Below are positions 40,861-53,665 of a stretch of 64,000 nucleotides of DNA, piece by piece. A program made the translations under genes and the position numbers. Numbering within the stretch: the first letter of the stretch is position 1; the number at the start of each line of letters is the position of its first letter. The stretch is from Octopus sinensis (taxonomy: Eukaryota), in the NCBI RefSeq assembly GCF_006345805.1, contig NC_043014.1:33604001-33668000 (forward strand), written 5' to 3'. Under the pieces are notes generated by a model, which was given only the letters and a program-made list of their open reading frames with translations, ran no database searches and was not told the DNA's origin.

Positions 40861-41260
40861 CACATTTAGGTTTTCTTCCATTTTTGAAGGTTTTTTTTCT
40901 TTTTCTTTCTTGCTTGCATATCGTTCTTTGAATTTATATGGCAATTGTGCACAAATGACGTAAAACATTAATTTTTCTTAAATACACATAATTGAAACTA
41001 ATTTATGAATGAAGAATTTCTTAATCTGATGATGTAAGCAACGGCAGTGTGACGCCGTTAATGGGGGGGGGGCGGAAAAAACAACAACGTACTCCACTGT
41101 ATTCAATACGACGTCTCTTCCAATGTTTGGCATAATTTCATCGTCCCACTCTTACACTTTATTATTATTCTTGGTCTACATTCGAAATCGCATTTGAAGT
41201 GATGCTTTCCTGTAGCATGAAGGTGATGTATAAGTTGAAAACCTATTTCTTTACTACCCA

Positions 41261-41960
41261 CAAGGAGCTAAACACAGAGAGGACAAACAAGGACAGACAA
41301 ACGGATTAAGTCGATTATATCGACCCCAGTGCGTAACTGGTACTTATTTAATCGACTCCGAAAGGATGAATGACAAAGTCGACCTCGGCGGAATTGAATC
41401 AGAATTTAGCGCAGACAAATACCTACTTCTTTACTACCCACAAGGGCTAAACAGAGGGTAAAACAGGACAGACAAACGGATTAAGTCGATTACATCGACT
41501 CCAGTGCATAACTGGTACTTAATTTTCGACCCCGAAAGGATGAAAGACGAAGTCGACCTCGGCGGAATTTGAACTCAGAACGTAACAGCAGACGAAATAC
41601 GGCTAACAATTGCCAATTTGTGCGTGCTAACGATTCTGCCAGCTCACCGCCGTAGAAAACCTGAAAGTCAGACTTGGTAAATTGAAAGCGAGAATGAAAC
41701 TGAATTTGGTTGATACATTGCTGAAAAGAGAAATACAAAATAATTCTGGTATTCCGGTACCCTGATAAACTAAAATTCATTTCGAATTTTGCCACAAGAC
41801 CGGCAATTCCGGGGAGGAGTTAAGTCGATTGCATCGACCCCGAAGAATGAAAGGCAAAGTCGACCGCAACGGAATTTGAACTCAAAACGTAACACACGGA
41901 CGAAATGCCGCTAAGCCTCTTCTCCCCCAACTTGTTAACGACTCAACCAGGACGTCGCCT
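41261..41960 (-). mobile_element. SINE family A dimer plus a diverged monomer
   Basis: Family cores at 41261-41651 and about 41775-41960. Confidence 0.8.
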
Positions 41961-42470
41961 TCTCACATAACATAATATTAATTTCGCTGAAGTTGTTTAA
42001 CTGAATATACGTAATTAAAAATAATTTGTTTAATGGATATTCGGTCATAAGCATCAGCAGAACGATATAGTCATTTACTTTAGAGAAGATTCAAACTAAT
42101 GCATGTACGCAATAAAATTATATATATATGTATAATATATAATATATATATATATATATATATAATATATATACATAAACAAATACACATACATACAAAC
42201 ATACATATACTCTTATAAGTATCTTGCTTGATAAGGAAATATGGATTTTACTTCATTTACGAAATTAAATACGTTACTCAAAGTAATCGTTTAATGAACG
42301 ATCTGATGTAAGTAATGTCGCATACCGCTTCACAGAATACAATCATAAAAAATCATGGGCTACCATGATATGTATGACAAAGGATTATGGATTTGACTAC
42401 AAAAATGTGTGTGTGTATGTGTGTGCATACAAGGAAAATGCATATATATATTATATATATATATATATAT

Positions 42471-42512
<42 letters not shown>

Positions 42513-42574
42513 AGATAAAAATATATACATACATATACAGATGTATTAGTATAAACGCTCGGGAATTGAAAAAG

Positions 42575-42611
42575 TCTTTTACGTTTCGAGCCTACGCTCT
42601 TCCACAGAAAG
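42575..42611 (-). ncRNA. Hammerhead-like motif (CUGUGGA core) in a Penelope pLTR
   Basis: Minus strand CTTT-CTGTGGA-A-GAGC GTAG GCTC-GAAA-CGTA-AAAG, inside a copy (about 42540-42680) of the 9.0-9.2 kb pLTR. Confidence 0.55.
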
Positions 42612-42960
42612 GAACACAGAAAGAAACAAGGAGAGAAAAAAATGTGTGTAGTGGTTACCGATCAATCATGGCGAATGTATATGTATATATATATATTGGA
42701 AGGTTTGGAGATGATGTACAGGTATTATATATTAGAAGAAATGAGGGAATCAGAAGATCGGATGGTTTATATTTACAGATATTTATTTATATATTACATT
42801 TTTTACATATATATCATATCACTTGGATCATTAGCGCTTTCTCCCATTCTAGTGGGGTTTTCAAATCAAAATATAATATACATAATACATATACATACAT
42901 ACATATATATATACATATATATACACACACACACCACACACACACACACCACACATACAA

Positions 42961-43011
<51 letters not shown>

Positions 43012-43018
<7 letters not shown>

Positions 43019-43275
43019 ATATGGTTACATTACTCGATAGTCAAGATAAAACTCTGAGTTTTAACAGAGTAATTTCCCTTGTATAACGGTATTTTTTCAT
43101 ACCGTTTTCAAATAGCCAGATAACCGAAGAGATGTCGTGGATTCCCACTTCGGCATCTGAAACTCAGAGTTTTATCTTGACTATCGAGTAATGTAACATA
43201 TCATTGTATAGATAAATTTCCTCTATTTACATTATATTGAGTCTCTCTCTTACTTTGTTATCTTACCGTTTTCCA
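43012..43275. mobile_element. Penelope-like pLTR with an inverted 50-bp arm
   Basis: Arms at 43012-43061 and 43160-43208; the tail 43210-43275 is homologous (inverted) to 29307-29370. Confidence 0.6.
43118..43177 (+). ncRNA. Hammerhead-like motif with variant core CCGAAGA
   Basis: AGATAA-CCGAAGA-GATGTCG..CGGCATC-T-GAAA-CTCAGAGTT-TTATCT: 6-bp stem I, 7-bp stem II, palindromic stem III, GUU triplet at 43169-71. Confidence 0.6.
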
Positions 43276-44096
43276 TATATATATATATATATATATAATA
43301 TTATATATATATATATATATATATAATATCTGTGGCGACCCCGGCACTCGGACTGTTCAGGCTTAGTCCGAGTATAAATTTTAGTAAAGGGAACGTGTAT
43401 TTGCAAGCTGATTAAATTTCTAACAACATTGGCCAAATATGTAATTGCAGCTAATAACATGGGTTCCTTTTATTGAGTCTGATCGCAGCTCATTTATGTT
43501 CATCCAGCGTCTGACGGACATCATAGAAGTGCCCTGTGTCAAAAAATTTCATTCGTAGCAGACGTTCCCTAGACATCGTTCACACGCGCCTGACTCAGGC
43601 TCAGAAGTTACAGCTCGAGTTGTTATCTATAATCGTAAAAATTAAAATTAAAATTAAATATTTTCTTGAAACAATAAATTTCTATAGATTAGGATTTAAA
43701 TTCCAATTTATGAAAAGTTTCCCTTCTACAATATTCTTAAAGGAATGAAAAATTATCCGGCAACTCGGGCTAATACTAACTGGCATCTCTTGTCAAGAGT
43801 ACAGGCGATAGTCAGACCACTGATGTTTGTTGTGCACTCTGCTGTTGTTATCTGATTCGTGTTATTCTGTGTGTCTGTACATAAAGATCAGATGTGTTTT
43901 GCAGGGTTACTTTATGTTTACCCTTAACTTAGAAATGGAGAAAGACATAGGGCTAGATATAAAAAAGAAACCATTTGGGACTAGGAATAAAGCGGAAAAG
44001 CATGAAATTCTTCGAGCAGGAGTCTTGTGCGAAATCTGTGATGAGCCCGAGTGACGCTAATGACCTGGTGTCGACTCTGATATATATATATATATA

Positions 44097-44581
44097 CTAG
44101 CAGTATCGCCCGGCGTTGCTCGGGTTTGCAAGGGAAATAACTATATAAGCATTTTTAGAGAGTTATAGCCAAAAAATAGCAAAAAAATGCATTAAAAATG
44201 ATGGTAATTTTTTTTTTAATCGTTGACTCATCGAAGACATTTTTAGAGAGTTACTTCCCTTATATAATACGAAAAAATGCAATAAAATGGAAAAAAAATG
44301 ATGGTAATTTTTTTTTTAATCGTTGACTCATCGAAGACATTTTTAGAGAGTTACTTCCCTTATATAATACGAAAAAATGCATTAAAATGGAAAAAAATGA
44401 TGATAAATTTCTTTAAAAATCGTAGACTCATCGTAGACGCGCGCTAATATCAAGAAGGGCTCAATATGAATCACGACTATAAGATACCCGCTTTTGGTTA
44501 AACTGCACCGCAAAATGTGGGAGTAGTTAGGAATCTAAATCGTAGGAGACAGACACACAACTTTAGTTTTATATATAAAGA
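44097..44581 (-). mobile_element. Solo non-autonomous Helitron (module Y) in a (TA)n tract
   Basis: TC start at 44581, hairpin plus CTAG end at 44097, internal duplication of about 105 bp. Confidence 0.87.
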
Positions 44582-44890
44582 TATATATACGCAAAACTTT
44601 CAAACACTGAGATTTGAAATCAGATGTCACTACTGTTTATATCATCTGTGGATAAATTTTAATATTGATGATATCAACAGCAGTGACATAGGAGGATTGC
44701 AGGCGCAATAGCATTAAATAACTATGAATTATAAATTTGTAAGATGCATAATGATGCTTAACAAGCACCCACCTGCTAGAAATAAGAGCTAAAGTCTTAA
44801 ATATATCCACCGTACCGCACTAAGATAACAGAGAAAAACAGCTATGAATTATAAATTGGCACGAAGCGTAAGGATACTTGACAAGCATCC

Positions 44891-44930
<40 letters not shown>

Positions 44931-45179
44931 ATATATATATTCTCTCTTTTACTCTTTTACTTGTTTCAGTCATTTGACTTTGGCCATGCTGGAGCACCGT
45001 CTTTAATCGAGCAACTCGACCCCGGGACTTATTCTTTTTGTAAGCCCAGTACTTATTCTATCGGTCTCTTTTGCCGAACCGCTAAGTAACGGGGACATAA
45101 ACACACCAGCATCGGTTGTCAAGGGGGACAAACACAGACACACATACACACACACGCTTATATATATATACATATATAC

Positions 45180-45218
<39 letters not shown>

Positions 45219-45419
45219 GATATATATATATATATATATACTCAGAGTTAGAGGAAGGGAATATTTTTAGAGAATTTCGATTTGAGAGTAGGAGAAGGAT
45301 AGGATGATACTGGATCAGGTAACTGAAAACCCTAAGGATGATAAAAACAGAGAGAGGTGGTCGAGCATATCGAGAGGTCTTGAGTTGAGTTGGCTGCTAT
45401 ACAAAAAGGTCAATAAATA

Positions 45420-45922
45420 CTTGCCATTACATTTTTAATCAACCAAATATGAACCATTTTGTTACACAATGCGTCTCCATCTTTCCTTTAACTTGAAAAT
45501 ACCTTCTTCCCAGAATTGAGGGGGTTTCATGGCAGAGAATTCATCAAGGTATCTTTTTACGTCATCCAAGTAATTGAAATTTTTACCATTAAGACTATTC
45601 TGCAGAGACCTGAATAAGTGGAAATCCGAAGGAGCAATATCTGGTGAATATGGAGGGTGGGGTAACACATCCCAGCCGAGCTGTAGCAATTTTTGTCTGG
45701 TTCCCAAGGCATCAAGTACCGAAAATGGATTTTATCTTCCATTTTAAAGGGTTACAGAATCAACAGATTATAGGAACATAAACCTTCTTCCACGAAAAGA
45801 TAGCTTAAACTGTACTCTAAATGGAGGTGTAGACAAATCCTATTTTATGGACTCAACCATGTTCTAAGATAAGTCGAAAGGTAAGCTACTATAAATCGGC
45901 ACGAACATTCCGGACAACCCAA
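45420..45922 (-). mobile_element. mariner deletion derivative with transposase C-terminus
   Basis: TIR TA-TTGGGTTGTCCGGAATGTTCGTGCCG at 45924-45896. 45462-45707 encodes LGWDVLPHPPYSPDIAPSDFHLFRSLQN..GI.KL..RW (YSPDLAPxD catalytic motif). Confidence 0.9.
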
Positions 45923-46070
45923 TAGTAAATGAATAGAGAGCATTTGTAATTAACATAGTGTTTAGAAGTGAGATCTAAAACTGATTTCACGAAGTGGTTT
46001 CAGTTCCTAGTTGATATCATTTCGCTTCTTTTAATTTACTCTCACACTCCCTTCCTCCTTCCCCCTCTCT

Positions 46071-46108
<38 letters not shown>

Positions 46109-46670
46109 TTTTTTTTCTTTTTCTTTTCTTGTCTTTCTCTATCACTTTGCAAAGTTTTTAACCATTACCCACTGCCGCTCTTACTTTCTTCTTACAACGT
46201 ATCACTATAATCGTCCATTACAACCCTCACATACGCACGCGCACATATAACACACACACACACACACACACACACAACACACACACACGTACACGAACCC
46301 ACACCTACGTACATTTATATACAGCTAATTTTCCTGTTTACTTTGTATTACTCCGGTATGTCTTCTCTGTTTTCAATCCTTAATTTATTTCGTTTCTAAT
46401 TTTAAAGTGTGAATGCATACGTGCGTAATTGTATGTGAGTGTAAATGAATGCCTTTCTCCTAAGTCTCTCTGCAACATACTCATGTCTATGTGTAAATAT
46501 ATTTGTGTTGCATTTATACATACATACACACATACATACGCAGCATACACACATATATATAATATATATATATATATGTATATGTATATATACATACATA
46601 TATATATGTATATATATATATAGATATATATATATATATATAGTATAGATATATATATATATATATATAT

Positions 46671-46707
<37 letters not shown>

Positions 46708-47536
46708 GTATATGTGGGTGTGTGTGTGTGTGTGTGTGTATGTGTGTCTGTGTACTCTACAACCATTTAGTATATTCTTCACTGCTTTACCATACATATA
46801 TATACACACATACATACACACATACGCACGCGCATTATATATTATATATATAATATATATATATATATGTACTCTACAACCATTTAGTATATTCTTCACT
46901 GCTTTACCATACATATATATTCACACATACATACACATATACGCACGCGCATTATATATATATATATATGTATGTATGCATGTATGTATGTATGTATGTA
47001 CGTATATAAACTCAGATATACGTAATCTGACTTGGCCGGTGGTGTTGTATTGATATGCTTGAGTCTAATGTACGTGTTGTAATTGTTGTTTTATCATAAC
47101 TTACAAGAATCTTCAAAGAAAATCGCTGAAATAACCAAAAGTGTCTACGTCATTAAAGATCTATGTATATATATATATATATATACGCATACACACATAT
47201 ATAAACACACACACATATATATACATATATATTTATATATATATATATATAGATAGATAGATACATACATACATACATACACATATACATACAGATACAT
47301 CTATATACATATATATACAGATATACAAACACACACATAAATACATACGTACGCACATGCTTATATGTGTGCACGTGTAAATGTACGTGTATGTTGTAGA
47401 TAATTTGTTCTACGCTTTCTTAAGTATTACTTACTTTACAGTGAAATTATCTTTCTATTTTCATTGGATTTTATTTTATTTTTGCTTTATTTCATTCCCT
47501 AGAACTAACAACTATTAAAGACAGCCCAAACACATG

Positions 47537-47630
47537 TACGTGACGCAGTTAAGCGATATCAGATGGTAGGTAAACGGAAGTGACGTCACGGAGCCTGTTA
47601 ATAGTTTAGTTCTTTCCACGCCATCTTTCT
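47537..47630 (+). promoter_or_regulatory. Candidate TCT-initiator promoter (ETS-CRE, TCT, YY1)
   Basis: CGGAAGTGACGTCA at 47575-88, TTCTTTCC (YYCTTTYY) at 47610-17 and CGCCATCTT at 47619-27, in locally CpG-retaining non-repeat DNA. Possible splice donor CAG|GTATAT at 47729/30. Confidence 0.5.
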
Positions 47631-48155
47631 CCTTTCAATCGCCTTCTTAACCATTTCAACCGCTTTCCAATAAATAATGGCTTTAACTGATAGTTATACT
47701 AATTCGTTATACTAGTTTGAGAGTTTCAGGTATATATTGCAGTACCAGCGAGGTCAACTTTGTCTTTCATTCCTACGATCATCACTACAATGTCCTGATT
47801 ACTACTATTAGTAAGGGATTGGAAATGTATTTGAGATGCCCGGTGGGACTGTGTGGGATTAGCGCAGTTTCAATTTTGTGACTCACAGCTAGTTTCAGTG
47901 AGTCCCTGATCAATTTAAATCAGCCGAAAGCTTTTGATAAAATCGACATTTTTTCAGAAGCTGTTCTGAAAGTGGCCGGGTTCGGATCCCTTTTCAGAAG
48001 CTGCATCCCTGTATTGCACTGTGGCACCTGCAGTCAAAATCAATAGCCATCCCTTGGAACAGTTTCACATCGCTCGCTCTGTTCGGTAGATCTGTCTCGT
48101 GCCACCTCTTCTACGCTTTAGCTACTGCTGTGAAAAGTAGAACAGTTCAGCGACA

Positions 48156-48212
<57 letters not shown>

Positions 48213-48235
48213 CATTATTATTATTATTACTATTA

Positions 48236-49620
48236 CTTAAGTCGGCGACCTGGCAGAATCGTTAGCACGCTGGACGAATTGCTTTGCGGTATTTTACTCG
48301 TCGCTACGTCCTGAGTTCAAATTCCGCCGAGGTCAACTTTACCTTTCATCCTTTAGGGATCAATAAAATAAGTACCAGTTATGCACTGGGGTCGATGTAA
48401 TCGACTAGTCCCCCCACCAATTTCAGGCCGTGTGTCTGTAGTAGAAAGGATTATTATTATTTTATTATTATTATTATTATTTTATTATTATTATTATTAT
48501 CATTATCTAAGGCGGCGAGCTGGAAGAAACGTTAGCACGCCGAGCGAAGGGGTAGCCGTATTTCGTCTACCGTTACGTTTTGAGTTCAAATTCCGCCGAG
48601 GTCGACTTTGTCTTTCATCCTTTCGGGGTCGATTAAATAAGTACCAGTTACGCACTGGGGTCGATATAATCGACTTAATCCGTTTGTCTGTCCTTGCTTG
48701 TCCTTTCTGAGTTTAGCCCCTTGTGGGTAGTAAAGAAATAGGTATTTTGCCCGTCACTACGTTCTGAGCTCATATTCTGCCGAGGTCGACTTTACTTTTC
48801 CTCCTTTTGGGGTCGATTAAATAAGTACCAGTTACGCACTGGGGGTCGATGTAATCGACTGGCCCACTCCCCCAAAATTTCGGGTCTTGTGCCTAGAGTA
48901 GAAAAGATTATTATTATTATTATTATTGTTATTAAGTACTGATAAAATTGTTAGCACGCAGGACGAAATGTCGATAAGCGATTTAAGTTCTAAGTTCAAA
49001 TTCCACTGAGATTGACTTTGCCTTTCAACCTTTCACGGTTTCATAAAATGAGTACCAGTTAAGAACTGGGATCGATTAAAAATGTACCAGTTAAGCCCTG
49101 GGATTGATGTAAGCGACTAGCCCTCTCCCTCAAAATATCAGGTATTGTACCTATAATAGAAAGGTTTGGTGAGCTGACAATATCGTTAGCACGACGGACA
49201 AAACGCGTAGCAGCATTTCGTCCGTTTATACGTTCTGAAATCAAATAAAGTTGAGTTCGACTTTGTCTGTTATCATTTTAGTCTCTATAAAATAAGTATC
49301 TTATGTCTATGGTAGAAAGGATTATTCTTATTATTTGCCAGAATTGTCAAGTACTTGGATCGACACAATAGTCTATACCCTCCCCTCAAGCTTCTGCTTC
49401 TGTAAAAAATTATCATTATCATTATTAAAGACAGGGCGCTTACCGAATCGCCGGTGCGTCGGACAAAATACTTACGATACTTCTTCCTGCCCTTTACCTT
49501 CAGCACTCAAATCTCATCAAGATCAGCTTCGCTTTTCATATTTTCGGGGTCGATAAAATCAGTAATCAACTAACGCCCGCCTTACCAAATTTGAGGCCTT
49601 GTGCCTGTGAGAGAAGGAAT
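48236..49620 (+). mobile_element. Cluster of SINE family A monomers and dimers separated by (TAT)n tails
   Basis: At least five family cores of differing divergence, all in the same orientation. Confidence 0.8.
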
Positions 49621-50364
49621 TGTTGTTGTTGTTAATTCTATGTAATTATTATTAATTAGTTTGCTTTCCTAGTTATAAGATATTATAGCCGAGTCTATTG
49701 CCTTTAAGAGCGGATTATAACTAAATACACTTGGCTTTCTAATGGGTATTTAATTTTATTTAGTAATTACACTACTGCTCTAAAGAGCAGACAGAGAGAG
49801 AAAACAAATGGTTTAGTCAGAGGAAGAAAGGCTGAGTTTATGACCCTTTTTTTTTTAGTTTCTGAGATTAGTAGGTGGGAGTGGGTAAGTTAACCCTCAG
49901 ACCAGCAACCTGGCCGCAATGCTTGCAAGAAAGAGGGGCGGAGATATTGCTGAAGATATCCAAGGAGCAGCTGATGGTACTGCAGTGGGCGACCGACGAT
50001 TACTGCTAACTAAGAACAAGAATTGTCTCTTTGATGGGCTCCCATAGAGTTTCTGTCAATGAAATATCATTCACAAAGCTTTGGACGATCCGGCTCTATG
50101 ATAGAAAATACTTGCCGAAAGTGCTACGTGATTTTGAAATCGAACTCGAAGCCATGTAGTTTCAAAATAAAGTTCTTAACCTCAAGATTATACTTACAGT
50201 AATTTCTGTAATTTTAACTACCGCTTCTGCTTGTTCGTTGCAGTAGATTGTTTCCCCCTAAATCTATGAGCTTTTCAAGAATTTTTCGGTCTCACCTTCC
50301 GTTGGAAGTATTGATAATCGTGTATTGTCGTTACGCTTGTGTAGTCAGCGACCAAGGGACATAA

Positions 50365-51085
50365 CTAGGTCTCTCCCTCTCTCCCTCTATCCTCCCTCCT
50401 CCTCTCCCCTCCTCTTCTCCTCTCCTTCCTTCTCCCCCTTTTCTCCCCTCCTCTTCTCCTCTCCTTCCTTCTCCCCTTCTCTCCCCTCCTCTTCTCCTCC
50501 CCTTCCTTCTCCCCCTTCCCCCTTATCCCCTTTCTTTCTCCCCCTCACCCCTTACCTCCCCCCTCTTCCCTCATCTCCTCTCTCTACACTACACTATACG
50601 ACTTTACACATCACATCATATATACATACACACGTCCAGACCTCTCATACGCACTAATACTCTCTCATACACACACACACATTCTTCTCATACACACACA
50701 CACACTCTTATGTTGGAGCGAGGTCATTTAACCCTATTATCTCCCCTAATTTTGCTCTTGCGTCTCACGTTTGATCTTTGACTTCTGGCCGAAATCAGAT
50801 TGCCATGTTGATTCGCTAGCCTCTGCACGCATTTTGTTTCTCTACTTCTTCGCTAGCCTCTGCACGCATTTTTTCTCTCCTTCTTTCTGTGTTTTTTCTC
50901 TGTGTATCTTTCTGTTGAAGAGCGTAGGCTCGAAACGTTAAAAACTTGTTTTATTTATATTTCCTGAGCGTCATACTAATACAATTGTTTGTTTGTATTC
51001 CACCTGCCTTCGTCTTTTGTTTATTTCCGTAAACCTGCCTTCGTCTTTTGTCTATTTTCATAAAGCTTCCCGTTATACTAATAGT
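50365..51085 (+). mobile_element. Penelope-like 3' end (second copy of 8220-9245)
   Basis: Same CT tract, CACGTCCAGACC repeat and pLTR; hammerhead-like CTGTTGAAGAGCGTAGGCTCGAAACGTT at 50912-39. Confidence 0.8.
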
Positions 51086-51644
51086 TATACGTACACATGT
51101 AAATTTATAATTTGGGTAATAAATCTGAGGATCTCTTACAGAGCAAGAAAATTAACTGAATCTTCTCCCATATTCGCTGCGGAGAGAAACACGAAAAAAA
51201 TTATTATCATTGATTAATGCATTTTTTTTCCTCTCTCACCACATATTTGATGTTGCAATTCTAGTTTTTTTCCTTTAATAATTTTTCCCACCATTAAATA
51301 TGTTTCATCTATTTAACTATTAGCTTTTATTTTTAGTTTAGTAATTCGATGCTCTGAAGAGAAAAAATATGGCTGGTGGTATCAAAGAACATATTTGACC
51401 CGTTGTTGTATTTTGGATGTCTGTAAGTTACTTCGAGTGCATTCATAATAATTTATTTAATGAAATTCCTGGTGTATAATACTTAGTATTGATTTCACAT
51501 TTAATAGTTCCTCTGAAGTATAAGTAAGTATTCTTGCTATAATCAACAAAATTACTGTGTATATTATTATTTTTCAGCATAATTAACGATATCAATTAAT
51601 ACTCGATATAATAAAACTTACTATTTATTACTGCAAGAGGTCAA

Positions 51645-52250
51645 AGCACCAAGCTGGCAGAATCGTTAGTACACCGGGCGAAATGGTTAGCGGCATTTCG
51701 TCTGCTGTTACGTTCTGAGTTCAAATTCCGCCGAGGTCACCTTTGCCTTTCATCCTTTCGGGGTCGATAAATTAAGTACCAGTTACGCACTGGGGTCTAT
51801 GTAATCGACTTAATCCGTTAGTTTGTCCTCTCTGTGTTTAGCCCCTTGTGGGTAGTAAAGAAATAGGTATTTTGTCTGCCGTTACGTTCTGACTTCAAAT
51901 TCCGCCGAGGTCAACTTTGCCTTTCATTCTTTCGGGGTCGATAAATTAAGTACCAGTTACGCACTGGGGTCGATGTAATCGACTTAATCCCTTCGTCTGT
52001 CCTTGTTTGTTCCCTCTATATTTAACCCCTTGTGGGCAATAAAGAAATAAGAATCGTTAGCACACCGGACAGAATGCTTGGTTGTATTTCGTCCATCTTT
52101 ACGTTCTGAGTTCAAATTCCGCCGAAGTCGACTTTGCCTTTCATCCTTTCGGGGTCGATAAATTAAGTACCAGTTACGCACTGGGGTCGATGTATCGACT
52201 TATTCCCTCCCCCGATATTTTAGGCTTTGTGCCTACAGTAGAAAGGATTG
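51645..52250 (+). mobile_element. SINE family A trimer
   Basis: Three tandem cores. Confidence 0.85.
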
Positions 52251-53074
52251 TTATTCATGGAGGTTAATATATCTTGTTGTAAGCATCTTAGAAATCCGTT
52301 GGTATAACAATGATATGGACATTACTATTTGTCACCAAGTAACAATAATATCGCTATTAATAGTAACGTTATTATTACGTACATTGTTACCATCATTTCC
52401 TGTTTTGGAGGAGCTAGCTGATTAGAGAATGCATCATAGTCGACATGCTATCGGCGAAAATAGCTCTCGACCACTTCTTCAACGCGAATCACAAATGCTG
52501 TATTGTCAGAACTAAAGATCGAGATAGCAACAAAGCTACAATAAGATCTTTGACGGACCATGGTAGGCGTGTGATATTCGATTTTATGTAGATGTTGCAG
52601 TTTTGTCGGACATTTTGGGCAGTATTAGCGAAATGAAGACGGTAGATTTTAGTGCCTAACCTGACGATTTTCAACAACTCCTGGCAGAAAGTGTGGAATG
52701 CTGCAACAAAGCGTTTAATAATTGCAACTATAATGCATTTATCAATGAGTGATAATGCAAGAACAAATCGCCTAACTTCAATTGTTTTCTCTGCGAACTT
52801 TACGGATACACATCTAACCTTTTCTTTTTTGGTGAACATCTAATGCAACAGGCATCAAACTAAGAACCTTCTTAACTCAATTGACCTGCGAGTTATGACA
52901 CTGCTGAGAGAGGATGCAAACAAAGGTGGCACAGTTTTCATCCTGTAATTCTGATTGAACGTAAAACTTCAGATTTGGATTAGAGTGCTTGCGTAAACGC
53001 TGTCGCTTGTCGTCAATAGTGCGCTCGGGAAACTGAACCCAGGAAGACTTATTGACAACAGCCTCCATCTTACA

Positions 53075-53305
53075 TATTTCTTTACTACCCACAAGGGGCT
53101 AAACATAGAGGGGACAAACAAGGACATACAAAGGGATTAAGTCGATTACATCGACCCCAGTGCGAAACTGGTACTTTATTTATCGACCCCGAAAGGATGA
53201 GAAACAAAGTCGACCTCGGCGGAATTTGAACTCCGAACTTGACGACAGACGAAATGCCGCTAAGCATTTCGCCCGGCGCGCTAACGTGTCTGACAGCTCG
53301 CCGCC
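53075..53305 (-). mobile_element. SINE family A
   Basis: Family core. Further minus-strand copies at about 53770-54440 and a plus-strand copy at 55882-56100. Confidence 0.82.
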
Positions 53306-53387
53306 TTTCAGCCTCCATCTTAAAATGGAAAGGGCGGTAATAGAGCTGGCTACTTTGGAGCTTTCGATGCATTTAACCATTAATCAT

Positions 53388-53665
53388 CATCATCATTGTT
53401 CGACCGTGGTCGAGACAATGGAATTTACTATATTACACCAGACTTCACGGTCCATCATAGCATTACGGAGGTCCTGTTGCTGGATGCCTGTATCCCTGGA
53501 GATTACATCAGGGTAGGAGAGTGTGCGCCCTCTGGTATTGCGAGTAGATGGCTTCCAGAGGAGAAGAGTAGAAATTACTTCTTTTTCAGCTCTACAACAA
53601 TGTCCAGCAAACTGGATTCTCCTACCTTTCACAAGAGATGACACAGGTGGTAATTTCCCATATAT
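53388..53665 (-). mobile_element. RTE-like LINE 3' end
   Basis: RRIQFAGHCCR...GRTLSYPDVISRDTG...MMDREVW..IV, followed by a (TGA)n tail. Confidence 0.78.

Noticed and set aside
44036-44080. GTGATGA...CTGA resembling box C/D snoRNA ends, and ORF 43827-44054
   Set aside because: Only about 45 nt, with no terminal stem and no recognisable rRNA guide; the ORF has no recognisable motif.
46751-46960. About 120-bp two-copy tandem repeat
   Set aside because: A simple local duplication between microsatellites with no further structure.
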